DNA from: an archaeon
GTDB taxonomy: Archaea > Aenigmatarchaeota > Aenigmatarchaeia > Aenigmatarchaeales > JACQIB01
Length of the DNA: 64,000 bases
Direction: 5' to 3'
NCBI GenBank assembly: GCA_035291225.1
Contig: DATDSO010000004.1
Span: 331,130-395,129, forward strand
Shown: positions 1 through 9,644 of the stretch, piece after piece
Numbering within the stretch: position 1 is the first letter of the stretch
How the letters are laid out: the number at the start of each line of letters is the position of its first letter
Notes under the pieces: generated by a model
Told to the model about the DNA's origin: nothing
The model's database searches: none
Seen by the model: the letters and a program-made list of their open reading frames with translations, nothing else
Made by a program: the position numbers and the translations under genes

Positions 1-7
1 GTTTAAA

Positions 8-520
8 GTGATATTTATGCCAGAAGAAAAAATTGAAACCCAACCAACAGAAGAAAAGCCAAAAAGAAAAGCTCCGAGGAAAATCACAAATGTTGTGAAA
101 CCTGCCCAGCAGAAAAAAGAAAAAGCAAAGCAGGTTTTTGAATCGGGAAAAAGAAAATCTGCGGTTGCGCGCGGCAGAGTTGAGGCAGGCAATGGAAGGA
201 TTTTGATAAATGGAAGAAGCCTGAACGCGTTTCCAGAATTCCAGAAAATGATGATTACAGAGCCTTTGGTTTTGGCAGGCCCTGCTGCAGCAAATTACAA
301 TTTCGATATTTTCGTTTCAGGCGGCGGAGTTTATGGGCAGGCAGAAGCTATCCGCCAAGTGATTGCAAAAGGCCTTGTCCGCTTTGATAAAAATTTGAAA
401 AAAACTTTTTTAGATTATGACCGCGCATTGCTTGTTGCTGATGTAAGGCACAATGAGCCGCACAAGCCTTCGCGCTCGAGTGCTGGGCCGCGCAGGCACA
501 AACAGAGGAGCAAGAGATGA
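8..520 (+). CDS. rps9: 30S ribosomal protein uS9 (S9), with Lys-rich N-terminal extension; true start may be internal
   Basis: GKRKSAVARGRV core and C-terminal RRHKQRSKR tail typical of uS9; followed by rpoN as in the archaeal rpl13-rps9-rpoN cluster. Confidence 0.85.
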   Translation: MIFMPEEKIETQPTEEKPKRKAPRKITNVVKPAQQKKEKAKQVFESGKRKSAVARGRVEAGNGRILINGRSLNAFPEFQKMMITEPLVLAGPAAANYNFDIFVSGGGVYGQAEAIRQVIAKGLVRFDKNLKKTFLDYDRALLVADVRHNEPHKPSRSSAGPRRHKQRSKR

Positions 521-637
521 TAATTATGGGAATATTGAAAGAGATGGTGTTTTGACCCCAGAGCAATCTTCGAGAATGAGAAGAAACATGGGTTTAGTGT
601 ATGCAATGAAAGCGGCATTAAATGAAGGTGATAAAAA

Positions 638-832
638 ATGATAATACCAGTCCGATGCATTTCATGCGGCAGGCCAGTTTCGCAGAATTGGGAAAAGTTT
701 CAGGAGAAAGTGAAAGCCGGCGAGGATGCGAAAAAAGCTTTGGATGATCTTGAAATTAAAAATTACTGCTGCCGCGCGCTTTTCTTAACGCATGTGGATT
801 TGGTAAAAGAAGTGGCGAAGTTTAAGAGATAA
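638..832 (+). CDS. rpoN: DNA-directed RNA polymerase subunit N (Rpo10)
   Basis: 64 aa, MIIPVRCISCG N-terminus with CxxC and downstream CC zinc-binding pattern of Rpo10; position after rps9. Confidence 0.85.
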   Translation: MIIPVRCISCGRPVSQNWEKFQEKVKAGEDAKKALDDLEIKNYCCRALFLTHVDLVKEVAKFKR

Positions 833-901
833 ATCTTTTTAATCTACCGCGCATAAAAATCTCCCATGATGTTTAAATCTTTAGGCTTTAAACAGCCCAG
901 A

Positions 902-1001
902 GAAAATCCTTCAGGATTTTCTATGCAATCGAAATCAGCAAGATTTCGATGCACACAAAAACAAAGAGTTTTTGCTGTGAGCAAAAATCTGAAAGATTTT
1001 T
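902..1001 (+). other. Cluster of four consecutive stem-loops between rpoN and smc (terminator-like or structured leader)
   Basis: Perfect inverted repeats: gaaaatcct/aggattttc (902-921), atcgaaat/atttcgat (928-950), tttttgct/agcaaaaa (969-987), aaaaatct/agattttt (983-1001). Confidence 0.4.
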
Positions 1002-1042
1002 GCGGCGTTGAAAACATCAAAAAAATACCATAGGTTTTCAAC

Positions 1043-3541
1043 ATGCCCCGAATAACAAAACTGGAAATTCAAGGCTTCAAGTCCTTTGCAAAGAAAACGC
1101 AAATTCTCTTTCCAAGCAACTTCTCAATTATAGCTGGTCCGAACGGCTCTGGGAAAAGCAATGTTCTTGACGCAATTGTTTTTGTTTTAGGAAGGACAAG
1201 CGCAAAAAGCATCCGCGCGGACAAAATGCTGGAAGTGATTTTCAACGGCTCGAAAAAATCCAGCCCGGCGGAATTCGCAAGCGTGAAAATGCACTTCGAC
1301 AACAAGGACAAAAAATTTCCTGTAGAGGCGGATGAAATTGAAATCAACAGAAAAGTAAACAGAAAGGGAGTTTCAATTTACAAATTAAACAGCCAAACTG
1401 TAACGCGCGAAAAAATTCTTGAAGTTTTGCGCGCGGCAAACATAAATCCTGATGGGCACAACATAATTTTGCAGGGAGATGTGACAAATGTAATTGAGAT
1501 GTCTGATTTAGAACGCAGGGAAATTATAGACGATATTTCAGGAATTTCAGAATTCGAGGACAAGCGCGAAAAAGCAAACAAGGAATTAATGGTTGTTGAA
1601 GAAAGGCTTGACACGACTTCTGTGATTTTGGGCGAACGGGAAAACCAAATGAAAAAATTGCAGGAAGAGGCAAAATCCGCTATTGAATACAATGATTTAG
1701 CAAAAGAGCTTGATAAGCTACGCGCTTCTCTGGCTGCGCGCAGGCTCGGAGAGGCTGGCGAAGCAATGAAAATTCTTGAGGAGAAAATTTCCGAGAAAGA
1801 AAAAGAAACAAAAATTGCAGAGGCAGAAGTTTCCGCAATAGATTCTGAAATGGATAAAACCCAGAAAGAATTTTCCATGCTTACGGAAAAAACAATTTCG
1901 CGCGCCGGCGATGTTTCAATTATAAAGGAAGCGGAAAAAATCCGCGCGGAAATTTACGCAAAGAAAAATAAAATCGAGAGCGGTGAATTTGACATAAAAA
2001 GAATTGATGATGTGATTGCGCGGCTGAAGGATATTGCTGAAAGGGCTTTGACAGAAAGCGCGAGCGGGGCTGTGCAGGCTGTTTTGAAATTAAACCGCAC
2101 GGGGATTTATGGAACAATCGCCAAGCTCTCGAAAGTTCCGCAAAACTTCCAGACTGCAATTGAAGTTTGCGCAGGCCCGCACCTACACGATTTGGTTGTT
2201 TCTGATTCTTCTGTTGCAGTTGACTGCGTGAATTATTTGAAGCAAAACAGAGTGGGCCGCGCAACTTTTCTTCCGCTGGACAAAATTCACGAGCGCAATC
2301 CAGAGCATGTTAGAAGATTTTTGAAGCAGCCCGGAGTTGTCGGGCTTGCAATTGACTTAATCCAGTTTGACAAAAAATACTGGCACGCGTTCTCGCATAT
2401 TTTCGGGGACACGTTGGTTGTGGACAAAATTGAAACCGCGCGGCGCATTGGAATCGGCGAGGCGCGCATGGTTACTCTTGATGGAGATTTAGTTGAGCGC
2501 GGCGGCGCGATAATCGGCGGGTTTTACAGAAGCGACAAAAAAGTTTTTTCTGTGGCCGAAGATTTTTCAAAATATGAAAAAGAGAAAGAGAGAATTTTGC
2601 GCGAGAGTGAAAGCCTGCAAATTGAAATTGAAAAACTTTCCCGCGAGCTGGAAAAACTTTCCCAACAGGAACAAGCGGGCGGAAAAGAAGTTTCTGAAAT
2701 GCAGACAGCACGCGCTGATGCAGAGAAGGCTCTGCATGGATTGAGGCTGAGAAGGAAAGAGGCTTTTGAGCACAAGCTGAACTTGGGCGAGGAAATTAAC
2801 AAGCTGAAAATTTCCCGCGCGCGGTTTGAGGCAGAGCTGGAGAATATCAAAGCGGAATTTTCAAATTACAAGCAGGAGCTCGCCGAGTACAAAGAAATGA
2901 GCGCCGGAGAATTGAACACGAAAATTTTGAAATCAGTTTCGAAAATTCAGTCTCTCGGACCGATAAACCAGAAAGCAGTTGAGGAGTTCGAGGAAATAAA
3001 AAAAGGGTTTTCCGAGCTGAAGGAAAAATTTGATGTGCTTACAAAGGAAAGGGACAGGGTTGTGAAAATGATTCTGGAAATTGAATCTGGCAGAAAAGAA
3101 ACTTTCATGAAAACTTTCAATGCGATTTCCCAGCAGTTCAAAAATGTTTACAAGGACTTAACAAATGGCGAGGGATTTTTGAGCTTGGACAATGAGCTGA
3201 TTGATGAGGCGGGTTTGATAATTGAGGCAGTGCCTGCCGGAAAGAAAAAAATAAATATAGATTCAATGTCCGGCGGGGAAAAAACAATGGTCGCGCTTGC
3301 TTTTCTTTTTGCTTTGCAAAGATTCAGGCCGTCCCCATTCTATATTTTAGATGAGATTGATGCTGCTTTGGATAAGCCAAATGCCGCCCGCGTTGTTGGC
3401 CTGATAAAAAAATATTCGGACAATGCGCAGTTTATTGTTATCTCGCATAATGAAACAACAATTCAGGCTGCGGACTGCGTTTACGGAGTGAGCATGGACG
3501 AGGGAGAAAGCAAAATGGTTGGGATTAGGATGCCTGGGTGA
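1043..3541 (+). CDS. smc: Chromosome segregation protein SMC, compact form (832 aa)
   Basis: N-terminal Walker A GPNGSGKSN, central hinge (GIYGTIAKL...GRATFLPLDKI), C-terminal ABC signature SGGEKTMVALAFLFAL and Walker B FYILDEIDAALD. Confidence 0.9.
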   Translation: MPRITKLEIQGFKSFAKKTQILFPSNFSIIAGPNGSGKSNVLDAIVFVLGRTSAKSIRADKMLEVIFNGSKKSSPAEFASVKMHFDNKDKKFPVEADEIEINRKVNRKGVSIYKLNSQTVTREKILEVLRAANINPDGHNIILQGDVTNVIEMSDLERREIIDDISGISEFEDKREKANKELMVVEERLDTTSVILGERENQMKKLQEEAKSAIEYNDLAKELDKLRASLAARRLGEAGEAMKILEEKISEKEKETKIAEAEVSAIDSEMDKTQKEFSMLTEKTISRAGDVSIIKEAEKIRAEIYAKKNKIESGEFDIKRIDDVIARLKDIAERALTESASGAVQAVLKLNRTGIYGTIAKLSKVPQNFQTAIEVCAGPHLHDLVVSDSSVAVDCVNYLKQNRVGRATFLPLDKIHERNPEHVRRFLKQPGVVGLAIDLIQFDKKYWHAFSHIFGDTLVVDKIETARRIGIGEARMVTLDGDLVERGGAIIGGFYRSDKKVFSVAEDFSKYEKEKERILRESESLQIEIEKLSRELEKLSQQEQAGGKEVSEMQTARADAEKALHGLRLRRKEAFEHKLNLGEEINKLKISRARFEAELENIKAEFSNYKQELAEYKEMSAGELNTKILKSVSKIQSLGPINQKAVEEFEEIKKGFSELKEKFDVLTKERDRVVKMILEIESGRKETFMKTFNAISQQFKNVYKDLTNGEGFLSLDNELIDEAGLIIEAVPAGKKKINIDSMSGGEKTMVALAFLFALQRFRPSPFYILDEIDAALDKPNAARVVGLIKKYSDNAQFIVISHNETTIQAADCVYGVSMDEGESKMVGIRMPG

Positions 3542-3545
3542 TTCC

Positions 3546-4250
3546 ATGCTCTCCGACTCTGATATGATTTCGCTGATGGTCAACGAGCCCAGCTGGGAGG
3601 ATGTGATTGTCCGAATAGTCGCGGAGGAGGGAATGGACCCGTGGGCTGTGGATATCGTGAAACTTGCTGACGGGTTCGGAAAATATATGGAAAACCTGAG
3701 CGAGATTGATTTGAGAATTCCAGCGCGCTTTATTCTTGTTGCCGCAATTTTGCTGCGGATGAAATCAGATATTCTCGCTGGAAAAAAAGAAAGAAATATT
3801 CTGGAAAGCGAGGGCCCAAGAGAAGACAGATATGCGAAAATTGTTGCAATGCTTTCTCAAATTCCCCCGCTGCAGCCGCCAGTGAAAAGGCAGCCTTTGG
3901 GTTCTGTAACAATGGAAGAGCTGTTGACTGCGCTGAAAAAAGCATTTGAAGTTCAGGAAAGGAGAAAGGAAAGAAAATTAAAACTGCGCAGGATTGTTGA
4001 GCGCCATGTTGTTTTGCAGGCAGATGACATAAACGAGCGGATAGAAAATCTGATGGGGCAGATAAACAATATTCTTGCGGAGATTGAAGGCTCGGCAAAA
4101 TTTTCCTCTCTTGTAAAAAAATGGGACAGAGAAAATATTGTAAAAACTTTGATGCCAATGCTGCATTTGGAGCAGGACGGAAAGATTGAGACTGAGCAGA
4201 TGGTTTTGTTTGAGGAGATTGCTGTGAGGAGGAAAGTTAAGAAGGAATAA
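3546..4250 (+). CDS. scpA: Segregation and condensation protein A (ScpA kleisin)
   Basis: DPWAVDIVKLADGF...LRIPARFILVAAILLRMKSDIL matches the ScpA N-terminal motif; directly follows smc. Start chosen at first Met after smc stop (track ORF begins 3519). Confidence 0.75.
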   Translation: MLSDSDMISLMVNEPSWEDVIVRIVAEEGMDPWAVDIVKLADGFGKYMENLSEIDLRIPARFILVAAILLRMKSDILAGKKERNILESEGPREDRYAKIVAMLSQIPPLQPPVKRQPLGSVTMEELLTALKKAFEVQERRKERKLKLRRIVERHVVLQADDINERIENLMGQINNILAEIEGSAKFSSLVKKWDRENIVKTLMPMLHLEQDGKIETEQMVLFEEIAVRRKVKKE

Positions 4251-4323
4251 TATATCATCTTCTTTATTCTTATAAGAATAATTTTTTCAGGAAGCTTTTT
4301 ATTCTACGAAATCAGCATGTAAA

Positions 4324-4632
4324 GTGGTGATAAAACTAGAAACGCACACAGCTTTGTTTGGAGCAGATGAACTTCTCAGAGAAGTTGAAGATGGTGGCAA
4401 TCGTGTATATGTGGATGGAAAGCCAGTCAGCGAAATAAAATTCAGAATAGCTTATGTGCTGAAGAGCAGCGATTCATCAGCAACTGTTGGGCTGCGCCTG
4501 CCGCACAAAAGAACCAGTATAGAATATGAAACTTCTTTGGACGGTTTGCAGGAAGGTGATTTAGTTAACGCACGGGTTGTTGAGATCGAGCAAGGAAATT
4601 ACAGAATTGTGTCTTTGCTAGGGCCAGCCTGA
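4324..4632 (+). CDS. Hypothetical protein (102 aa) interposed between scpA and scpB
   Basis: Intact ORF with balanced composition in a tight same-strand gene array; no recognisable motif. Confidence 0.4.
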   Translation: MVIKLETHTALFGADELLREVEDGGNRVYVDGKPVSEIKFRIAYVLKSSDSSATVGLRLPHKRTSIEYETSLDGLQEGDLVNARVVEIEQGNYRIVSLLGPA

Positions 4633-4665
4633 AAGTTTTTTTAAACTACCGCGTAAACTATTCTC

Positions 4666-5193
4666 ATGCCAAGAAACAAAAAAGCCCTCCTTGAAGCTGC
4701 GCTGTTCATGGCGAACGAGCCAATGAAGTTTGAGAAATTAATGAGAGTTGTGGCAGTAGATGCTGGCAGACTGCAAGAAATGCTTGCTGAAATGAAAAAG
4801 AATTTTGAAAGCGAGGAGCGCGGAATTTATTTGCTTGAAACAGCAGAAGGCTGGGTTTTGAAAACAAAGCCGGAATATTTGAATTCTGTTAGAGCATTAT
4901 CTCCGTATCAAGATTTAAGCAAAGGGCTTTTGAGAGTTTTGGCTTTAGTAGCTTACAAACAGCCAATAACTCAAAGCGAAATTGTGCGCGTGATTGGAAA
5001 CAGAACTTACGAGTATGTGAAAATTTTGGAAGGAAGAGGTTTGCTGAAAGCAATTAAGTCTGGAAGAAGCAAGGCATTAATAATCACAAAAGGATTTCTG
5101 GATTACTTTGGCTTGGAAAAGCCAGAGGACGCGAAGAAATTATTTGAAGGGATTAAGATTGAGGAAGAGAAAGAAGAGAATAATCAAGTATGA
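4666..5193 (+). CDS. scpB: Segregation and condensation protein B (ScpB)
   Basis: LEAALFMANEP...LSPYQDLSKGLLRVLALVAYKQPITQSEIVRVIG winged-helix pattern of ScpB; smc-scpA context. Confidence 0.8.
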   Translation: MPRNKKALLEAALFMANEPMKFEKLMRVVAVDAGRLQEMLAEMKKNFESEERGIYLLETAEGWVLKTKPEYLNSVRALSPYQDLSKGLLRVLALVAYKQPITQSEIVRVIGNRTYEYVKILEGRGLLKAIKSGRSKALIITKGFLDYFGLEKPEDAKKLFEGIKIEEEKEENNQV

Positions 5194-5240
5194 ACCTTCT
5201 ATCCAACCTATTTTTAAACCTTCCATTCTAAAAACAAAAA

Positions 5241-6257
5241 ATGATAATTAGAGCGCGCGCGCCGCTGAGGATAAGTTTTGGGGGCGGAGGCACTGATGTT
5301 GAACCATTTCCTACAAGGAAAGGCGGGTGTGTTTTAAATTCTACAATAGACAAATATGTTTACACAACTGTTAGCCCAAGGCCAGATGGAAAATTAGTTG
5401 TGAATTCTTTGGATATGGGAGTTTTTGAGGAGGTGAAAGATTTTGTCTATGGAAGCAAAATTGATTTGGTAAAAGCTGTGCTGAAAAATTTTTCTGTTTC
5501 TGGCGGGGCAGAAGTTTCAATAAATTCCGAGGCACCGCCAGGATCAGGTTTGGGGGGCTCATCAACTGTTGTTGTCTCACTTATAGGAGCATTACAAAAA
5601 TGGCTCGCCCGCCCAAGAGATAATTACCAAATCGCAAAACTTGCTTACAAAATAGAAAGGGAAGAGCTGGGAATAAAAGGCGGCTACCAAGACCAAGTGG
5701 CAGCTGCTTTCGGAGGTTTCAATTTTGTGGAATTTAATTCCGGAGGGAAATTTATAGTGACTCCATTGAGATTGGATGAAGATGTTGTCGATGAAATGCA
5801 GGCAAGCCTGCTGCTTTGCAATATAGGCCGCACGCGCAGTTCAAGCGAGGTAATAGAAAAACAAGTTAAATCTTTTGAAGCAGGAATAAATGAGAAATAT
5901 CTGGAAAAGATGAAAAAATTCTGCTACCAGATGAAGGACGCTTTGCTCACAGGAAATTTGGAGGAGTTTGTTTTTCTTATTGATGAATCATGGCAGGAAA
6001 AGAGAAAACTTGCTGAAGGAATCACAAACCCAGAGATTGATGCTCTTTATACAACCGCAAGAATGAGTGGGGCGAAAGCAGGAAAAGTTACAGGCGCCGG
6101 AGGCGGCGGTCACATGCTTTTCTATTGCGAGCATTTCAAAAAACCAGAAGTTATGCGCGCGCTTCTGAAGCGTGCTTTGGAACTAAATATAAATCTGCAG
6201 GTTGTCCCATTTTCATTTGACAACCACGGGCTCAAAACATGGAGAGTAAATATATGA
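5241..6257 (+). CDS. GHMP-family sugar kinase, D-glycero-D-manno-heptose 7-phosphate kinase-like (HddA-like)
   Basis: RAPLRISFGGGGTD N-terminus and PPGSGLGGSS ATP-binding loop typical of GHMP kinases; overlaps downstream gmhA-like gene. Confidence 0.7.
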   Translation: MIIRARAPLRISFGGGGTDVEPFPTRKGGCVLNSTIDKYVYTTVSPRPDGKLVVNSLDMGVFEEVKDFVYGSKIDLVKAVLKNFSVSGGAEVSINSEAPPGSGLGGSSTVVVSLIGALQKWLARPRDNYQIAKLAYKIEREELGIKGGYQDQVAAAFGGFNFVEFNSGGKFIVTPLRLDEDVVDEMQASLLLCNIGRTRSSSEVIEKQVKSFEAGINEKYLEKMKKFCYQMKDALLTGNLEEFVFLIDESWQEKRKLAEGITNPEIDALYTTARMSGAKAGKVTGAGGGGHMLFYCEHFKKPEVMRALLKRALELNINLQVVPFSFDNHGLKTWRVNI

Positions 6258-6859
6258 GGATTTTTATGATGGATTACATAAAGCAAAAATTTGCTGATAA
6301 CCGCGCGGCGATAGATTCAATTGATTTGGAAATAGTGGAAAAAGTTGCGCGGAAAATTTCTGAGGCACTGAAAAATGGAAATAGGGTTTTCTTTTTCGGA
6401 AACGGGGGCTCTGCTGCTGACTCCGCGCATATCGCAGGAGAATTTTTGGGAAAATATGATTTTGTCAGGAAGGCATTGCCTGTGCAGGCTTTGACAACAG
6501 ATATTGCGACTATAACTGCTGTTGCAAATGATTTCGGCTATGAAAAAGTTTTTGAGCGCCAAGTGGAAGCGCTAGCAAAAGGGGGAGACATACTTGTTGG
6601 ATTGAGCACAAGCGGAACTTCAAAAAATGTTTTTCTTGCTTTGCAAAAAGGAAAAGAAATTGGAACTTTCAATATTGGATTTTTTGGTTCAAGCGCCTCT
6701 TCAAGTAAAGAGGGGCATGCGGCGAAAATTTGCGATTTGAATCTGTTTGTTGAAAGCCCCTTTGTTCCCAGAATTCAGGAAGGTCACAAGCTTGTCGGCC
6801 ACACGCTCGCGGGGCTTGTTGAAAAAGAAATGATGGAATTCTGGGGAAGCAAAAAATAA
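6239..6859 (+). CDS. gmhA: Phosphoheptose isomerase-like SIS-domain protein (GmhA-like)
   Basis: GNGGSAADSAHIAGEF SIS motif and overall GmhA-like layout; start may be at an internal Met. Confidence 0.75.
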   Translation: MESKYMRIFMMDYIKQKFADNRAAIDSIDLEIVEKVARKISEALKNGNRVFFFGNGGSAADSAHIAGEFLGKYDFVRKALPVQALTTDIATITAVANDFGYEKVFERQVEALAKGGDILVGLSTSGTSKNVFLALQKGKEIGTFNIGFFGSSASSSKEGHAAKICDLNLFVESPFVPRIQEGHKLVGHTLAGLVEKEMMEFWGSKK

Positions 6860-6860
6860 T

Positions 6861-7481
6861 TTACTCCAGCCTTCTTAAAGTTCTGCCCAAACCGTAGCTT
6901 TCGCAAATAGAAACTATTTCTTTATGTATTTCTCCTGAAGCTCTGTTGGCATCCACAATGTGCACATTCGGAAATTCTTTTGCAAGACCAAAATAGTTCT
7001 GTCGAATTTTTTCCATCTTTTCCTTCTCTTCAAAAAGCTCGCTATGGAATCTGCCTTTGCCGATTCTCTCTAAACAGACATCTGGCGGGCAATCCATTAT
7101 AAAAGTTATATCAGGCACGCGAAATTTGGAGTTTATTCTTTTTAGAAAATCCTTTTCTATCTGCAGTCCACCGAAAGCAATTGTAGAGAAAAAATACCTG
7201 TCAGAAATAATTATTTTTCCTTCTGCAATTCCGGGTTCAATTTCAGTATCCAGGTGATGTGCGCGGTCTGATGTGAATAAAATTTGCAAAGTTAAAAGAG
7301 ATGTTTTCCACTCTTTTTTCAGGCAGGATTTTATCAAGCCCCCGATCAAGCCGTCTGTCTGCTCTTTCGTAAGAACGACCTTGTAGCCTTGATTAATAAG
7401 GAAATTTCTTAATTCGAAAGATTGCGTGCTTAAGCCAGAGCCATCAAGCCCCTCGAAAACGATAAATTTCCCCACAGACAT
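6861..7481 (-). CDS. tmk: Thymidylate kinase
   Basis: FIVFEGLDGSG P-loop, DRYFFSTIAFGG lid region, 206 aa dTMP-kinase layout. Confidence 0.85.
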   Translation of the reverse strand: MSVGKFIVFEGLDGSGLSTQSFELRNFLINQGYKVVLTKEQTDGLIGGLIKSCLKKEWKTSLLTLQILFTSDRAHHLDTEIEPGIAEGKIIISDRYFFSTIAFGGLQIEKDFLKRINSKFRVPDITFIMDCPPDVCLERIGKGRFHSELFEEKEKMEKIRQNYFGLAKEFPNVHIVDANRASGEIHKEIVSICESYGLGRTLRRLE

Positions 7482-7528
7482 AAAAATTCAACGTCGGTAA
7501 AGCTTAAATTGATTTGATTTCTAGGAAA

Positions 7529-7981
7529 CTATCTTGCATAACTAAGCAAATCGCGCGCGCCGAAATATTTCTTCTCCGCAGCTTTTATTGTCCCAGAAAC
7601 CCCAATCACGCGGATTATTAATGGAGCATCACCCACGCGATTGAGAAGCGCCAAAGCTGCGCGAATTTTCTCAACGGCAGTGTGGTTGCACCTAATCATC
7701 CCAGTGTTTTTTTCCTCGTTCCATTCATTTTTCATAATCCATGCACCGGCTTCTGCTGCGCCCATCTCTCCCATATAATTCAGAATCGCATGCCACATCG
7801 CATTGCTCAAATCCTGAAAAGGAATTTTCTGGCTTGCAATAACTTCATAAGCTAAATATCTTTTTTTCTCACGCAAAGTCGGGGAGAGAAAGTTCGGCCT
7901 TCCTCCTAGTTCTTGTTCAAGCTTTTCCTGTGGGGTCAGTTCATGCACTTCGGCAGTTTCTTCTTCTACCATTTTCATCAC
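7529..7981 (-). CDS. rnp2: RNase P protein component 2 (Pop5 homologue)
   Basis: REKKRYLAYEV...GMIRCNHTAVEKIRAALALLNRV...GVSGTIKAA pattern of archaeal Pop5; overlaps rpp30-like gene by 4 nt. Confidence 0.7.
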   Translation of the reverse strand: MMKMVEEETAEVHELTPQEKLEQELGGRPNFLSPTLREKKRYLAYEVIASQKIPFQDLSNAMWHAILNYMGEMGAAEAGAWIMKNEWNEEKNTGMIRCNHTAVEKIRAALALLNRVGDAPLIIRVIGVSGTIKAAEKKYFGARDLLSYAR

Positions 7982-8700
7982 TTAACTAATTCAACGCCTT
8001 CCGCGATTCTCGTTCCTGAGAAAATCGCCCTGTTTTTTTCAATTATTTTTTGCGGAATCTCGCTCGTTGCTGAAAAGCCTTTGCTCAGCTCGAGACCCAA
8101 ATTTTCTGCGAGCGCAACAAGCTGGCGCGGATCTCTGATTTCCCAAATATTGCTGGCGCCACTGCATAAAATTGTTTTCACCTTTAAAGCCTCGCATAAT
8201 CTCAAATTTAGAGCAGTATTCTGCAAAATCTGCGAGCGTTGCCTGCGGAAATTGTTTAATATTTCCCTGAAATTTATTTCTATCGCGACATTATTTTCAA
8301 ATGCTTTTTGCATGCAGGCTTCATCCAGTCCAGAATCTAGCCTCCCGAAATCTGGGTGAGCTAAAATATCCACACGCGCATCCTCGCATGCCGCGCGATT
8401 GATCTTGTAATTCCCACCAAGAACAATCACTATGATTGCAAGCTCGCGGACTTTTTCTAATGCTCTCTTAAGCTCCATAGGATCACCAACCTGAATTTCA
8501 ACTGCTGGAAAAATCTCAACTTTTGTATTTTTTTGCGCGTCTATAACAGAGGATTTAAACTGCTTGAATTTTTCCACAGATTCAAACCTGTCCGCGAGAG
8601 CAAAGCCATCCCATCCGAGCCTTTCAGCCATTTTTGCAAATTCCTCTGCTGTGTTCGCGCCGGCGCCAACGTGCAAGTCATAGAACTTCATATAATTCAC
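7978..8700 (-). CDS. rnp3: RNase P protein component 3 (Rpp30 homologue, PHP/TIM-barrel)
   Basis: FYDLHV N-terminus, 240 aa, adjacent to pop5-like gene as in conserved archaeal cluster. Confidence 0.75.
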   Translation of the reverse strand: MNYMKFYDLHVGAGANTAEEFAKMAERLGWDGFALADRFESVEKFKQFKSSVIDAQKNTKVEIFPAVEIQVGDPMELKRALEKVRELAIIVIVLGGNYKINRAACEDARVDILAHPDFGRLDSGLDEACMQKAFENNVAIEINFREILNNFRRQRSQILQNTALNLRLCEALKVKTILCSGASNIWEIRDPRQLVALAENLGLELSKGFSATSEIPQKIIEKNRAIFSGTRIAEGVELVK

Positions 8701-8748
8701 CTATATACTAAAAAGTATATTTTTGAGAATTAATAAACGTTGTTGTTT

Positions 8749-9306
8749 TCATCGCTTTTCGGGGTTATTCCTTCTTTCAAATCCCCTTCCCTTACCGCGC
8801 AGCATTCTGTGCGAGCGCGCTGCGCTTGTCAAGCCTCTTTCAGCCCTTCCATGCACATCGCAAATCCAATTTATTTTTTCATCTGCTGCGATAGCAGGAT
8901 GTGCGGGGTCCACGAGAATTATTTCAAACCACTGGTCGCGGCCATCCTCACCGACATAGTAAGAATTCAAAACTTCTAAATTCGGAAAATGTTTGCTGGC
9001 ACGTATTTCTGCGATGTGCTGCAAATTTAAATTAGGAGGATTTTTTGTCAAGCCTGCGTGCGTAGGCTTTCTTCCGCCTGCGGGAAATTCTCTTTTTGAA
9101 GTTCCCTTTCCTATTCGTACGCGCGCCAGAATAAAACCTTGTTTTGCTTTGTAGCCGAGCGCGTGCGCCCTATCAAGCCTGGAAGGATATTCAATTTTTG
9201 CAATTGCATTTTCAGCTCTCCAAGAAATCATTCTCGCTTTTAGAATTTCTTTCATCTGCTCGGACTGCCAAGCCTGCTGCAAGTATTTGTACATCCCCAT
9301 TTTCAA
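8749..9306 (-). CDS. rpl15e: 50S ribosomal protein eL15 (L15e)
   Basis: MGMYKY...RLDRAHALGYKAKQGF...LNSYYVGEDG conserved eL15 blocks. Confidence 0.9.
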   Translation of the reverse strand: MKMGMYKYLQQAWQSEQMKEILKARMISWRAENAIAKIEYPSRLDRAHALGYKAKQGFILARVRIGKGTSKREFPAGGRKPTHAGLTKNPPNLNLQHIAEIRASKHFPNLEVLNSYYVGEDGRDQWFEIILVDPAHPAIAADEKINWICDVHGRAERGLTSAARSHRMLRGKGRGFERRNNPEKR

Positions 9307-9404
9307 AACCTCCTCACATCAACCGCATCGCTGCGGTTTTCGAGTTAGGAAAAATCCGTCAGCAAGGTTTATAAAGTTTCACTTCAATCTAAATAAAGAT
9401 TATT

Positions 9405-9644
9405 ATGAATTCAAATGTAAAGTTTGTTATTGGAATTTTGATGGTTTTAGTTGGAGTTTATCTGCTCCTTCCAAGAAGCTGGCTTTTGGATTTTGGCCTG
9501 CCTGCTTTTGGATACGGAAGGTTTCTCCTGCCGGTTTTGCAGGGAGTGATTCCGCTCTTTCTTGCAATAGTGGGTTTCATGCTCGCATGGATAATGTGGG
9601 AGGAAATGGAGCAGGAGCGCAACAGAAAGAAGATGCCAGCATAG
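9405..9644 (+). CDS. Small hypothetical membrane protein (79 aa, two predicted TM segments)
   Basis: Two hydrophobic stretches separated by a short loop; no family assignment. Confidence 0.35.
   Translation: MNSNVKFVIGILMVLVGVYLLLPRSWLLDFGLPAFGYGRFLLPVLQGVIPLFLAIVGFMLAWIMWEEMEQERNRKKMPA

Noticed and set aside
453-641. 62 aa ORF overlapping the 3' end of rps9
   Set aside because: Arg-rich out-of-frame overlap with a conserved ribosomal protein gene; no motif.
844-1044. 66 aa minus-strand ORF between rpoN and smc
   Set aside because: Region is a run of perfect stem-loops; more consistent with terminator or structured RNA than coding.
1378-3141. Several minus-strand ORFs (e.g. 1378-1878, 2524-2850, 2947-3141) inside smc
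   Set aside because: Antisense shadow ORFs with Ser/Phe-rich low-complexity translations inside a confidently assigned SMC gene.
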